64,000 nt of DNA from Symbiobacteriaceae bacterium. GTDB lineage: Bacteria; Bacillota; Sulfobacillia; Symbiobacteriales; Symbiobacteriaceae. A program made the position numbers and the translations under genes. This document shows positions 1-9,121 of the stretch, one piece after another; the first letter of the stretch is position 1, and each line of letters begins with the position of its first letter. The stretch is taken from contig DASPIW010000057.1 of NCBI GenBank assembly GCA_035628915.1, positions 252,262-316,261 of the forward strand, in the 5' to 3' direction. The notes beneath the pieces are model-generated. The model worked only from the letters and a program-made list of their open reading frames with translations. It did no database searches and was not told where the DNA came from.

Positions 1-768
1 CTTGTAATGCATGCAGTCGTCAAACCGGCATTCACGCCCGAAGCGTTCAAACTCCGGAAAGCACGCCGGGACGTCCCGCTTCTCAATGTCGGCAAACTCC
101 AGATAGGTGAAGCCAGGGGCGTCAGCCACCAGGCCGCCCTCGGGCAGATGGATCAGCTCCACGTGCCGGGTCGTGTGTTTGCCCCGGCCCATTTTGGCCG
201 ACAGGTCGCCGACTTTGATATCTTCCCGTCCGGGCAGCAGCGCCCGCACCAGCCGGGACTTGCCCACGCCCGAATGGCCGGCCAGCACGGAGACCTTGCC
301 CTCAAGGTAGGGCTTCAGTTCCGCCACCCCAGTGCCGTGCTTGGCAGCCATGGTGACGACCGGATAGCCGACCTGTTCGCCGTAAAGCCGGCAAAACGCC
401 GCTACCTCGTCCGCCGAGAGCAGGTCCACTTTGTTCAGGATCAGCACGACGCCAACACCCACCCGGGCCACGTTCACCAGCACCCGGTCCAGGAATAGGT
501 AGTCGGCCTCCGGCTCCCTGATGGTGAACATGACAAGCGCCTGATCGACATTGGCGATCGCCGGGCGCTGAAGCTCCGACTTGCGCGGGAGAATCTTGTC
601 GATGCGGCCTTCGCCGTCCTGCTCCAAATGGAGCTCCACAAGGTCGCCGGCCAGCACCCCCGTCTTGTCCAGGCGGAACCGGCCCCGCGGCCGGCATTCC
701 ACCTCCTGCCCGTTGCAAAGGACGTAAAAGATGTTGCTGTGTGCCCGAATCACCTGTCCTACCGCCAC
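1..768 (-). CDS. rsgA: Ribosome small-subunit biogenesis GTPase RsgA/CpgA (C-terminus runs off the window edge)
   Basis: Absent from the ORF track because it has no in-window stop. The reverse frame reads VAVGQVIRAHSNIFYVLCNGQEVECRPRGRFRLDK from GTG 766-768 (GGAGGA upstream). It contains LAGHSGVGKSRLV (Walker A), GRGKHTTRHVEL and DAPGF, and ends at the edge in GRECRFDDCMHYK (RsgA zinc finger). It lies directly downstream of prkC, as in Bacillus. The + ORF 7..498 is its antisense shadow. Confidence 0.85.
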   Translation of the reverse strand, partial: MAVGQVIRAHSNIFYVLCNGQEVECRPRGRFRLDKTGVLAGDLVELHLEQDGEGRIDKILPRKSELQRPAIANVDQALVMFTIREPEADYLFLDRVLVNVARVGVGVVLILNKVDLLSADEVAAFCRLYGEQVGYPVVTMAAKHGTGVAELKPYLEGKVSVLAGHSGVGKSRLVRALLPGREDIKVGDLSAKMGRGKHTTRHVELIHLPEGGLVADAPGFTYLEFADIEKRDVPACFPEFERFGRECRFDDCMHYK

Positions 769-786
769 ACGCCTGGATCCTCCTCT

Positions 787-2673
787 TCAGGGCAGCGCCG
801 GCCGCGCCTTTTCGACGTTATCGACATAGACGATCAGGTTGGCCTGTCCGAAGAAACGGCCGGAGACCTTCACTTTGGAACCACCCTGCCGCTTTTCGTT
901 GATCAGAACCGTTGTGCTGGGCACACCGCCGACCACATCAACCAGTTCGACACGGAAGTCGTAGTAACGGGTGGCATCACCCAACACGGTCAGTTCGCGT
1001 TCAAAGGCCGTACCGGTGGTGGGCGGCCCCGCGGCCAGCGTCAGGTTGACCACGGTGCTGGGCGCCACGGTGGTGCCCGGCGCCGGGGTGCTCGACAGCA
1101 CGGTGTCGCGCGGCTTGGTGGGGTCGGGCGCGTACTCCTGATTTCCCAGCACAAGGCCAGCCTTGGCAAGCGCTTTCGTGGCGTCCGCCAGGGTCAGGTT
1201 GATAATGGACGGCACTTTCAAAGGCCCGGAACTGACCGTGAGATGGACCACCGTCCCCACCCTGGCCGTAGTCAGGGCGGGCGGCGCTAAATCGATGACG
1301 GTGCCTGCGGCGGTGGGATCGGTCCGGCTGGTCACTTCCGCGGCGACCTTGAAACCGCTGTCTTCCAGCATCAGCCGCGCTTCGTCCACGGGGCGCTGCC
1401 TCACGTCCGGGATCGTCTCTGATTTCGGCCCCAGGGAAGGGATCAGGGTGATCTCCCGGTTCTGCTTGACCCGCTCATTGGGCCCCGGACTGGTATCCAC
1501 CACCGTATTGATCGGCTGGTCGTCGTATCTGCCGCTCCCCACATTCACGGAGAGCTTGGCCTTCTTCAGCTCCTCGACCGCCTGAGTCATCGGCAGGCCC
1601 ACCACGTTGGGCACGTCGACTTCGGGTGTGCTCAGGAGGCTCACCATCGCCCAGATGCCCCCGCCGATTAGCGCCATCACCAGCGCTGCCACCACGGCGA
1701 CCCAAATCCAGGTGCGCCGGGTGCTGCGGGGATCCGGTTCGTAATCGTCGTCCTCCTCGTCTTCGTCGGCCAGGCGCCGGCCCCGGCGCCCGCGCATGCC
1801 CCGCAGATCCATGGTCGGAAAGTCGCCGGAGGCCATGTGCGTCCGCCCCGCCGCATGGTCGACGGCAAACTGCTCCAGCGCCTCCCGCATTTCGTCGGCC
1901 GACGGATACCGATCCTCGGGGTCCTTTTCCAGCGCGCGCAGCACGATCGCATCCAGTTCGGCAGGCACTTCGCTGTTCAGCTGCGAAGGCGGCACCACCC
2001 TGTCCCGAATGTGCTTGAGCGCCACGGTGATCGGGCTCTCCCCCTGAAAGGGGACGCCGCCGGTCACCATCTCATACAGTACGATGCCGGTCGAGTAAAT
2101 GTCGGACTTCTCCCCCGTGGGCTGGCCGTTGGCCTGCTCCGGCGAGAAATAGTGGGCTGAGCCCATGATCGAGCCCGTATGGGTCACCGTGTCCGTGGTG
2201 GTCGCACGGGCGATGCCGAAATCGGTCACCTTGACGCGCCCGTCCCGGGCGATCAGGATATTGTGCGGCTTGATATCGCGGTGGACGATCCGGTTCGTGT
2301 GGGCGTGGCTGAGGGCGGCCAGGATTTCCACCGCAATACGAGTCGCCTCTGCGATGGGAAGGGGCCCCTGCGACTGGATCATCGCCTTCAGGGTCTGGCC
2401 CTCCACGAGCTCCATGACAATGAAGTACTGCTCGTCGTCCCGCCCGACGTCGAAGATCTGCACCACGTTGGGGTGTGACAGGCTGGCCGCGTTTTGGGCC
2501 TCCCGGCGGAAGCGCCGCACAAAGTCCTCGTCGGTGCCGAACTGGCCCCGCAGCACCTTGACTGCCACGGAGCGGTCGAGCTGCAGGTCGTGCGCCTTGT
2601 AGACCAGCGACATGCCGCCGCCGCCGATCCGTTCATCGATCCGATACCGCCTGGCGAGTATTTTTCCGATCAT
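787..2673 (-). CDS. prkC: Hanks-type Ser/Thr protein kinase with extracellular PASTA repeats
   Basis: 628 aa. Kinase motifs: GGGGMSLVYKA..VAVK, HRDIKPHNIL, DFGIA, SPEQ. One TM segment (WIWVAVVAALVMALIGGGIWAMV), then three PASTA-like repeats. Follows the PP2C gene after a 6-nt gap. Confidence 0.95.
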   Translation of the reverse strand: MIGKILARRYRIDERIGGGGMSLVYKAHDLQLDRSVAVKVLRGQFGTDEDFVRRFRREAQNAASLSHPNVVQIFDVGRDDEQYFIVMELVEGQTLKAMIQSQGPLPIAEATRIAVEILAALSHAHTNRIVHRDIKPHNILIARDGRVKVTDFGIARATTTDTVTHTGSIMGSAHYFSPEQANGQPTGEKSDIYSTGIVLYEMVTGGVPFQGESPITVALKHIRDRVVPPSQLNSEVPAELDAIVLRALEKDPEDRYPSADEMREALEQFAVDHAAGRTHMASGDFPTMDLRGMRGRRGRRLADEDEEDDDYEPDPRSTRRTWIWVAVVAALVMALIGGGIWAMVSLLSTPEVDVPNVVGLPMTQAVEELKKAKLSVNVGSGRYDDQPINTVVDTSPGPNERVKQNREITLIPSLGPKSETIPDVRQRPVDEARLMLEDSGFKVAAEVTSRTDPTAAGTVIDLAPPALTTARVGTVVHLTVSSGPLKVPSIINLTLADATKALAKAGLVLGNQEYAPDPTKPRDTVLSSTPAPGTTVAPSTVVNLTLAAGPPTTGTAFERELTVLGDATRYYDFRVELVDVVGGVPSTTVLINEKRQGGSKVKVSGRFFGQANLIVYVDNVEKARPALP

Positions 2674-2679
2674 TTGCTG

Positions 2680-3423
2680 CTAACCCTCCCACCGGGCGGC
2701 CAGCACCGTGATGTTGTCGTGGCCGCCGCGCTCGTTGGCCAGATCCACCAGCCGGTCACTCAGGTCGGAGAAACCGGCTGCAAGCAGGCCCGGAATCTCT
2801 TCGACGGGCACGAGGTTGGAGAGGCCGTCGGTGAGCAGCAGCAGCGTGTCGCCGGGCTGCCAGACAAGATCGCGCCGCTCCACGACGATCGACTCGCCGA
2901 TGCCCAGGGCCCGGGTCAGCACATGCCGCTGGGGATGAACCGCCGCCTGCTGGGCCGTCAAATGCCCGCTCTGCATCAGTTCACCCGCGACATTATGGTC
3001 GGAGGTGATCAAGGTTGCCGCATCCCCGTGCACCAGGCACGCCTTGCTGTCGCCCATGTGCGCGACGATGATCCGGTCCGCCCAGATCAGCGTGGCCGTC
3101 AAGGTGGTGCCCATGCTGTTCAGCTCGCGTTTTTCGCTCTGCGCCTGTAATATGGCCCGGTTGGCCGCGTCAAAGGCCTGGACGAGGCCGTCGCCCAGGG
3201 TCCCGCGCTCGGCCCAGTCGGAAATGGCCGTCAACACGCGGGAGCGCACCGTTTCCACGGCAAGGCGGGAGGCGATTTCGCCCCCCTCATAGCCGCCCAT
3301 GCCGTCTGCCACCAGCAGCAGGGCCGCGATTCCACGCGGGTCCAGCAGATCCACGGAATAGGAATCCTGATTATTAGGCCGGACCTGACCGGGATCGGAG
3401 CGATGCGAAAAGTTCAGGCGCAC
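2680..3423 (-). CDS. prpC: PP2C-family Ser/Thr phosphatase (PrpC/Stp)
   Basis: 247 aa. PPM motifs: NQDSY, VADGMGGYEGGEIAS, LLLLTDGL, GGHDNITVL. Classic prpC-prkC pair. Confidence 0.93.
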   Translation of the reverse strand: MRLNFSHRSDPGQVRPNNQDSYSVDLLDPRGIAALLLVADGMGGYEGGEIASRLAVETVRSRVLTAISDWAERGTLGDGLVQAFDAANRAILQAQSEKRELNSMGTTLTATLIWADRIIVAHMGDSKACLVHGDAATLITSDHNVAGELMQSGHLTAQQAAVHPQRHVLTRALGIGESIVVERRDLVWQPGDTLLLLTDGLSNLVPVEEIPGLLAAGFSDLSDRLVDLANERGGHDNITVLAARWEG

Positions 3424-3505
3424 AATCTTTCAACTCCTAGAAGCCCTTCTCGGCGCTGACGCGCCATTTACGGGTGCCGTGCGGCCTCGCCGCTTCACGG
3501 CGCCG

Positions 3506-4558
3506 CTACTTTACCCCTCGCTGGCGGGCTACACGGTTGCGAAGCTGTCCGCAGGCGGCGTCAATATCGCCGCCCATCTCTCGTCTTATCGTCGCGGTGA
3601 CCCCGTTCGCCTCAAGCAGGTCGCGAAATTGCACGACCCGGCCCCGGGACGGGCGCTGGTATTGCGGGCGCTCGGCCACAGGGTTCATGGGAATCAAATT
3701 GACGTGGGCAAGGGAGCCTTTGAGCAGCCCGGCCAACTCGAGCGCGTGCTCCCGTTTGTCGTTGACTTCTTCGATGAGGAGGTATTCGTAGGTGACCCGG
3801 CGCCCGGTCTTCTCGCCGTAGTCGATGGCCGCCGCCAGCACCTCCCGGAGCGGGTGGAGTTTGTTTACGGGCATCAGCCGGGAGCGGAGCTCATCGTTGG
3901 GTGCGTGCAGCGATACGGCCAGGGTAATCGGCAGCCCTTCATCGGCCAGCCGGCGCATGCCCGGCACGAGGCCTGATGTCGAAATGGTGATGTGCCGGTA
4001 GCCGATGTTCAGCCCGTCCGGTTCGTGCATGAGGCGAATGGCCTTCAGGCACTCGTCGTAATTCTCCATGGGCTCGCCGGAGCCCATCAGCACCACGCTG
4101 CCCACCCGCTCGCCGGCGGGCAGGTCCCGCTGCATCATGATAATTTGATCGACGATTTCCCCCGCCGAAAGGTTCCGAACAAGCCCGCCGAACGTCGAGG
4201 CGCAGAACGTACACCCCATGCGGCACCCGACCTGCGTGGTGACGCAGACGGCGTTGCCGTAGTCGTGCTGCATCAAGACTGATTCAACCTTTTGACCGTC
4301 CTGAAGCCGAAAGAGGTACTTCGCCGTCTCCGTCGGCGCGGCCTCCTGCCGGGTCTCCTCTTCCAGCAATTGCAGGAGGGCGGCCCCTTCGAGCTTCGCC
4401 CGGAACGCGGCGGGCAGATTGGTCATTTCCGAGAAGGTCTTGACGCATTTTTCGTAGACCCAGCCAAAGAGCTGTTTGGCCCGGAATTTCGGCTCGCCCA
4501 GTTCCTGGACGAACGCCTCCATCTCCGCCAGCGTCATGCCGACCAGGGGGCGGTTCAT
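3506..4558 (-). CDS. rlmN: 23S rRNA/tRNA m2A methyltransferase RlmN (radical SAM)
   Basis: 350 aa. Radical-SAM cluster CRMGCTFCAS; GSGEPMENY; typical N-terminus FRAKQLFGWVY. Confidence 0.95.
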   Translation of the reverse strand: MNRPLVGMTLAEMEAFVQELGEPKFRAKQLFGWVYEKCVKTFSEMTNLPAAFRAKLEGAALLQLLEEETRQEAAPTETAKYLFRLQDGQKVESVLMQHDYGNAVCVTTQVGCRMGCTFCASTFGGLVRNLSAGEIVDQIIMMQRDLPAGERVGSVVLMGSGEPMENYDECLKAIRLMHEPDGLNIGYRHITISTSGLVPGMRRLADEGLPITLAVSLHAPNDELRSRLMPVNKLHPLREVLAAAIDYGEKTGRRVTYEYLLIEEVNDKREHALELAGLLKGSLAHVNLIPMNPVAERPQYQRPSRGRVVQFRDLLEANGVTATIRREMGGDIDAACGQLRNRVARQRGVK

Positions 4559-4580
4559 GCAATCCCTCGCTTTGAATCTT

Positions 4581-5957
4581 CTATGACGTACGCTTCATGC
4601 GGGCGATGAAGAAGCCGTCCGTCCCGTGAATGTGGGGCAGCAGTTGAATCCAGCCGCCCCGGGCATCGCCCGCCAGCGACAGGGGCAGGTAGGGCCGGAT
4701 GTCATCGAACGCAAAGTCGGGGTGCTCCCGGACAAAGGCTTCCACCAACTCCTGGTTCTCCCTCGGCTCGATGGTGCAGGTCGAGTAAACCAGCGTGCCG
4801 CCGGGCTTGACGGCCACGGCCGCGCTTTCGAGCATCGCCTGCTGGATGGGGACGAGTTGGGTCACGTCCTCCGGCGTTTTGCGCCAGCGGGCATCGGGCC
4901 GCCGTGCCAGGGTGCCCAGCCCGGAGCAGGGGGCGTCGCACAGCACTGCATCGGCCCGGCCGGGCATTTTTTGCCCAATCTCCCGGGCGTCGGCGCAGAG
5001 CCCTTCGATGATGGTGGCGCCCAGCCGGCGGGCGTTCTGTTCGACGAGCTCAACCTTATGCGGGTGTACGTCGACGGCGATGACCCGGCCCTGGTTCTCC
5101 ATCAGCTCAGCCATGTGGGTCGTCTTGCCGCCCGGCGCCGCCGCTGCGTCGATGACGGTCTGCCCGGGCTGGGGGGCGACGACGGGCGCCACCAGCATGG
5201 AGGACTCGTCCTGAACGGTGAAGTGGCCGGCTTTCATGGGCTTGAGCTTGTCCAGGTACGAGGCCGAAGTCAGTTCGTGAATGATGAGGCCGAAGGGCGA
5301 ATGAGGCGTCGGCTCCGTCTTAATGCCTTCCGCGGCCAGCGCCTCGGCCACCTGCTCCCGGGTCGCCTTGAGCATGTTGACCCGGACGGTCAGGGGCGGC
5401 ACCCGGTTGGAAGCTTCCATCAGCCTGACGGCGTCTTCCTGACCGAAGCGGTCGGACCACTGGCGGACGAGCCATTCGGGGTGCGAGTGCTGGACGGCCA
5501 GGGCGCCCACCGGGTCGGCGGCGGGGTCGGGCCAGGGCAGGGTGGGGAGCCGGCGCAGGAAGTTCCGCAGCACGCCGTTGACGAACTTGGCCACGCCTTC
5601 ATGGCCGTACTGCCTGGCCAGGTTGACGGCCTCGTCGACGGCGGCGGAGTGGGGAATCCGCTCCATGTAGAGGACCTGGTAGACGGCGGAGCGGAGGATA
5701 TTGCGTATGTACGGGTCGATCTGGTCGATAGGCCGGGTGGCGACCTGGCCAATGGCCCAGTCGACGGTGCCGCGCCGGCGGGTCACGCCGTACACAATCT
5801 CCGTGGCGAGGGCACGGTCACGCCCTTCCAGCTTGGAACGCGTCAGGTGGGCGTCCAGCGCGAGATTGGCGTAAGCTTCTTTGACATCGACGTCCCGCAG
5901 GGCACGCAGGGCGGCTTCCCGTGCGGAGCGCGGGGGTTGAGAGTCAGGACGGGGCAC
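4581..5957 (-). CDS. rsmB: 16S rRNA m5C967 methyltransferase RsmB
   Basis: NusB-like N-domain plus SAM-MTase motifs DAAAAPGGKT, DAPCSGLGT, YSTCT. The track ORF reaches 6143, but the extra 62 aa are Arg/Pro-rich. I place the start at in-frame GTG 5955-5957, preceded by GGAGG (8-nt spacer). Confidence 0.88.
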   Translation of the reverse strand: MPRPDSQPPRSAREAALRALRDVDVKEAYANLALDAHLTRSKLEGRDRALATEIVYGVTRRRGTVDWAIGQVATRPIDQIDPYIRNILRSAVYQVLYMERIPHSAAVDEAVNLARQYGHEGVAKFVNGVLRNFLRRLPTLPWPDPAADPVGALAVQHSHPEWLVRQWSDRFGQEDAVRLMEASNRVPPLTVRVNMLKATREQVAEALAAEGIKTEPTPHSPFGLIIHELTSASYLDKLKPMKAGHFTVQDESSMLVAPVVAPQPGQTVIDAAAAPGGKTTHMAELMENQGRVIAVDVHPHKVELVEQNARRLGATIIEGLCADAREIGQKMPGRADAVLCDAPCSGLGTLARRPDARWRKTPEDVTQLVPIQQAMLESAAVAVKPGGTLVYSTCTIEPRENQELVEAFVREHPDFAFDDIRPYLPLSLAGDARGGWIQLLPHIHGTDGFFIARMKRTS

Positions 5958-6057
5958 TTGGCTCGCCTCCGATAAAAGTCTACCTTTCAGTTTACCCTGA
6001 ACCTCGCTTCTGGGCAAATGTAAGCTTGCAGGCGTCGAGGGTCCAAGAAGAGTGAAG

Positions 6058-6089
6058 GCTAAAACAAGGGCGCCCCGGGGGCGCCCTTG
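6058..6089 (-). terminator. Rho-independent terminator closing the partner-switching operon
   Basis: Minus strand reads CAAGGGCGCCCCCGGGGCGCCCTTG followed by TTTTAGCC. It lies about 120 nt after the STAS stop at 6212 and upstream of the rsmB start. Confidence 0.7.
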
Positions 6090-6211
6090 CCATGTTCCCA
6101 CATGAGGAGCACGATGAGAAAGCTTGCGCAGCCGAAAGGCCAACCTTGGGGCGATGCTAGGCTAACCTTAGGGCCACAAAAGGGAAGCTCGCAGCGAGCA
6201 CCATCTGACCG

Positions 6212-6487
6212 CTACGCATCGATGACCACTTCGCGGATCCCCAATATGTCAAGAATGTCAATAATGTGTGAGCCAAACCCCTCAAAGACCAGCTGCTTTC
6301 CCATGCTGGCCATCTGCTGCTTCAACACGACCAGTCCACGGACGCCCGTGGAATCCAGGAATTCCATCTCCGTGCAGTCCACGACGATCCGGTCGCTCCC
6401 CTGGGCGGCAGCCTGAACCTGCTCCGTGAAACTGGTCACGGTGCTAATGTCCAGGCTACCAACAAATGTGATGCGCGCCTCGGCCAC
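6212..6487 (-). CDS. STAS-domain anti-sigma-factor antagonist-like protein (SpoIIAA/RsbV family)
   Basis: 91 aa. The motif EFLDSTGVRGLV retains the phosphorylatable Ser of the DS(S/T)G motif. The GTG start abuts the FapA stop (TGAGTG). Confidence 0.85.
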   Translation of the reverse strand: MAEARITFVGSLDISTVTSFTEQVQAAAQGSDRIVVDCTEMEFLDSTGVRGLVVLKQQMASMGKQLVFEGFGSHIIDILDILGIREVVIDA

Positions 6488-7633
6488 TCAGTTCACCTCC
6501 CCGGCTGGGCAGACCTCAAGTGCGTTGCCTTTCTGCCTTATTATCGTAGCCTGTGCCCCGGCACGCAGTCGCTCCGTCAGGTGCCCTACCTGCGCGACCA
6601 CCTCACTCGTGGCGCCGTCGACCCGAATGACCCCGCCTCCGCTCACACTCAGCACCGCCGACTCGGTCACCCGGGAAGCGGCAATGCTCAAACCTGCCCG
6701 CACTGTCCCGCCCTGCACATCGCCTTCGACCCTGACGGACTTGTCCGCCTCGACCCGGCAGCGCTTGAGATTGGCACCTGCCAACACAACGGAGCCCAGC
6801 GCCTTGACTACGGAGTCCTCAGCCGGTCCGCCGACAATGAACACATCCCGGTCCGCACTGCCGGCCGACTCCAGCTCCTGAATCGCTGCACCACAGAGAT
6901 TCAGGGCCGTTTCCACCTCGTCACGGGTCACGGTGAGAAAGGCGAACCCCGTGAACCGGTTGCGGAGGAGCCCGGTCAATTCGGTCAAGTTCCCCGCCAG
7001 GTACTCGTGGATCTGGCACCGCTTCACGGCTTCCGCCACGTGAACGGTGAAATCGGCAAAGCTGCGTACCGCCAGCACTTCCAGCAAGGGCTGCAAGTTC
7101 TTCGTCAAATCCAGCGTCCGGAACGACGGATGCCCTTTCAGCTCCTCCACGATCGATATGAGCCGCTGCAAGGAGGCCTGTACGATCTGGAGCTGTTCAA
7201 GGCTCAGGCGATACCGGTGGTGGTTGACGCCGGCGGTAACCGAAGCACCCATGCAGCCCTTGCGCAGCACAACGGAGCCCATGGCCTCCACCTGGGCCAT
7301 GATCACCTCCCCAAGGATTACCAGAGACCCATTGGCCTTCACCTTGGCGCCGCGCATAATGCTGCCGGTCACCACGACGTTGCCCGTCCCGGTTAGCGTC
7401 TGGCTCATTCCGATGTCGCCGTAATGGATCTCGGCGGATGTCACAGAAGCTTTGCCGTCGGAAACGACGGCCAGCCCCTCAAGCGTGGCGATCAAGCCAT
7501 GCTTGTTTGCAGCCTCTGCGGTTCCGGCGCCGGCGCGCGGCAAGGGATCGCCGGGACCGGCCTGAAAGACCATCGCCCCCCTTCGCACGGGAACGCCCGT
7601 CAGGAGTGCGACGCTGTCATCTGCCAAATTCAC
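6488..7633 (-). CDS. FapA/DUF342-family protein
   Basis: 381 aa. Beta-helix-like G-x-V/I repeats (GTGNVVVTGSIMRGAKVKANGSLVILGEVI, and again at the C-terminus) flank a coiled coil (LSLEQLQIVQASLQRLISIVEELKG). This is the typical DUF342 layout. Confidence 0.65.
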   Translation of the reverse strand: MNLADDSVALLTGVPVRRGAMVFQAGPGDPLPRAGAGTAEAANKHGLIATLEGLAVVSDGKASVTSAEIHYGDIGMSQTLTGTGNVVVTGSIMRGAKVKANGSLVILGEVIMAQVEAMGSVVLRKGCMGASVTAGVNHHRYRLSLEQLQIVQASLQRLISIVEELKGHPSFRTLDLTKNLQPLLEVLAVRSFADFTVHVAEAVKRCQIHEYLAGNLTELTGLLRNRFTGFAFLTVTRDEVETALNLCGAAIQELESAGSADRDVFIVGGPAEDSVVKALGSVVLAGANLKRCRVEADKSVRVEGDVQGGTVRAGLSIAASRVTESAVLSVSGGGVIRVDGATSEVVAQVGHLTERLRAGAQATIIRQKGNALEVCPAGEVN

Positions 7634-7640
7634 ACCTCCT

Positions 7641-8441
7641 TCATGCTGACGGCGGCGGACAGATCAGCTTTACGAGGAGGATCGTCACGCCTTTCGGTGA
7701 ACTGGCCAGCACCACCCGGTCCATGCACTTGAGCATTGCCGTGAATCCAAGGCCAAGGGACGGCTTGGTGCTGAAACCCGGCAACAGGGTTGCCAGGGGC
7801 AGGAGCGAGCGATCAAGGCCGGAGCCGTAGTCACGCACTTTGGCAACCCAGCTGTCTGTCGTCTTGATGAGCTCGAAATCGCCGCCGCCGGCGTGTTTGA
7901 GCGCATTTGTGACGGCTTCCGAGACACAGAGGGCCATTTCGGCCGTCTGCCTGCGATCGCCTCCCGCTGCGTTCATCTGTTCCGTCACCAGCCGGCGACA
8001 TAGCGGCACGTCGCCCGGTTCGCGCACCGGGTGAACCCATCGCTGCTCCGGCTGCCCCACCCATTCGGGGATTTCGCAATCCGGGACCAGGATCATGCGC
8101 CCGCCGGTCGCCGAGTAAACGACGTCACGATAAATGTGGGTAATGCTCATTTGGCATTGCTGAAGGAACCCGTCGAATCGGGAAAGGTCCCAGACCAGCA
8201 TCACGCCATGGCCGTCGGAAATAGGAAGGGCGTAAATCTGCAGTCGTCCGTCGGCCGTCACGACCATGCGCTTCTGCAGCCGACCCTCGGCAAACATGGC
8301 GTCCGCAGCGGACTGCATCGTCTGCACATGCCCTGACATGAGCGGATGGCGCGTCGATAATGGGGCGCCACGCCGGAGTGGAAAGTATGCGATCAGGTTC
8401 AGTAGATTAGCGAAAACATCCGGGGGGAGATCACCCCACAT
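7641..8441 (-). CDS. RsbW/SpoIIAB-like serine-protein kinase (HATPase_c_2) with an N-terminal domain of unknown function
   Basis: C-terminal half carries the N-box SEAVTNALKHAGGG, G1 VRDYGSGL and G2 SLGLGF. The N-terminal ~130 aa are unassigned. Start taken at the second ATG after GGGGGA. The 5' end overlaps the upstream ORF by ~40 nt. Confidence 0.75.
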   Translation of the reverse strand: MWGDLPPDVFANLLNLIAYFPLRRGAPLSTRHPLMSGHVQTMQSAADAMFAEGRLQKRMVVTADGRLQIYALPISDGHGVMLVWDLSRFDGFLQQCQMSITHIYRDVVYSATGGRMILVPDCEIPEWVGQPEQRWVHPVREPGDVPLCRRLVTEQMNAAGGDRRQTAEMALCVSEAVTNALKHAGGGDFELIKTTDSWVAKVRDYGSGLDRSLLPLATLLPGFSTKPSLGLGFTAMLKCMDRVVLASSPKGVTILLVKLICPPPSA

Positions 8442-9097
8442 TGACATTCCCCCTCTTCCGCCAGGCGATTGGGCAGCAAGGGCCTGCCCAGGGCGCTGGC
8501 CACAGCATGTTCTGTCTGAAAGGAGCAGGCAACCGGCAGTACGTCAATCATCGTCCCCAGGCTGGTGGGAACTGACCTGAGGACGCGGCCGATGGCATGC
8601 ATCGGAAGGGGTTGCAGGGAGACACGGATGAGCAGATCGACGCGAGTCCCTTCCGCCAGTTGGTCCTCACCCAGAAAGCTGACAGCCTGGTCCGCAATCT
8701 CCACCGAACGGCCGGAGTGCCACCGGGCCGTGCCGCTCTCCGCGTATCGGAGGTGCAGATCCACCTTGGCAACCTTTCCGCAGCACTCCCGGGGACCCAC
8801 CAGCCACAGCGGATAGCTGAGCCTGATCTCAGACTCCCCCACCACGGGCTGCACTGTCGCCTCAAAGGTGAGCTGTCTTTCGGGCACTTCGACCAGCACC
8901 TGTGCGGGGACCACCGGGAGGGGCGCACCGAAACGGAGCACCAGCCCGAATCCCCGATTTGTCCCAAATCTCGCCCTGACCGACTGCCGCCCTTGCGGCC
9001 GGTCAAAGGAGACAGTACAGGGACAGCCAGCTACCTGTGAAACAAGCCGTTGGAACGAGTCGCTTCCCAGGTCCAGTAGGACGGGAGAACTCCTCAT
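8399..9097 (-). CDS. PilZ-like two-domain protein (YcgR-like layout, non-canonical c-di-GMP motifs)
   Basis: ~232 aa. The second half, GRSVEIADQAVSFLGEDQLAEGTRVDLLIRV...AIGRVLRSV, follows the PilZ beta-barrel pattern. However, RxxxR is replaced by PRECCGK and D/NxSxxG by EIADQA. Start set at the ATG after GGTGGAG. Confidence 0.4.
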   Translation of the reverse strand: MRSSPVLLDLGSDSFQRLVSQVAGCPCTVSFDRPQGRQSVRARFGTNRGFGLVLRFGAPLPVVPAQVLVEVPERQLTFEATVQPVVGESEIRLSYPLWLVGPRECCGKVAKVDLHLRYAESGTARWHSGRSVEIADQAVSFLGEDQLAEGTRVDLLIRVSLQPLPMHAIGRVLRSVPTSLGTMIDVLPVACSFQTEHAVASALGRPLLPNRLAEEGECQCGVISPRMFSLIY

Positions 9098-9121
9098 CAG
9101 TATCACTCCACCCACACGGGC

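Noticed and set aside
7-498. 163-aa plus-strand ORF at the window start
   Set aside because: It is antisense to a clear RsgA reading frame (Walker A, GRGKHTT, zinc-finger CRFDDCMH), and its own translation has no recognisable motifs.
4626-5975. Very long alternate-strand ORFs: 4626-5975, 27867-30047, 37453-38682, 48590-50167, 55240-56799 and 61007-62821, among others
   Set aside because: Each overlaps a gene with unambiguous family motifs on the other strand. Their translations are Arg/Gly/Pro/Ala/His-rich with no motifs, which is the expected stop-codon-poor shadow in a GC-rich genome.
5958-6143. N-terminal extensions of track ORFs (rsmB to 6143, ABC ATPase to 44222, dapF to 35767, Ca-ATPase to 39855, HK to 21400, USP to 40439, subtilase to 13723)
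   Set aside because: The extensions are Arg/Pro-rich, lack homology to the family N-termini, and often overlap the upstream gene. In-frame internal starts with Shine-Dalgarno sequences fit better.
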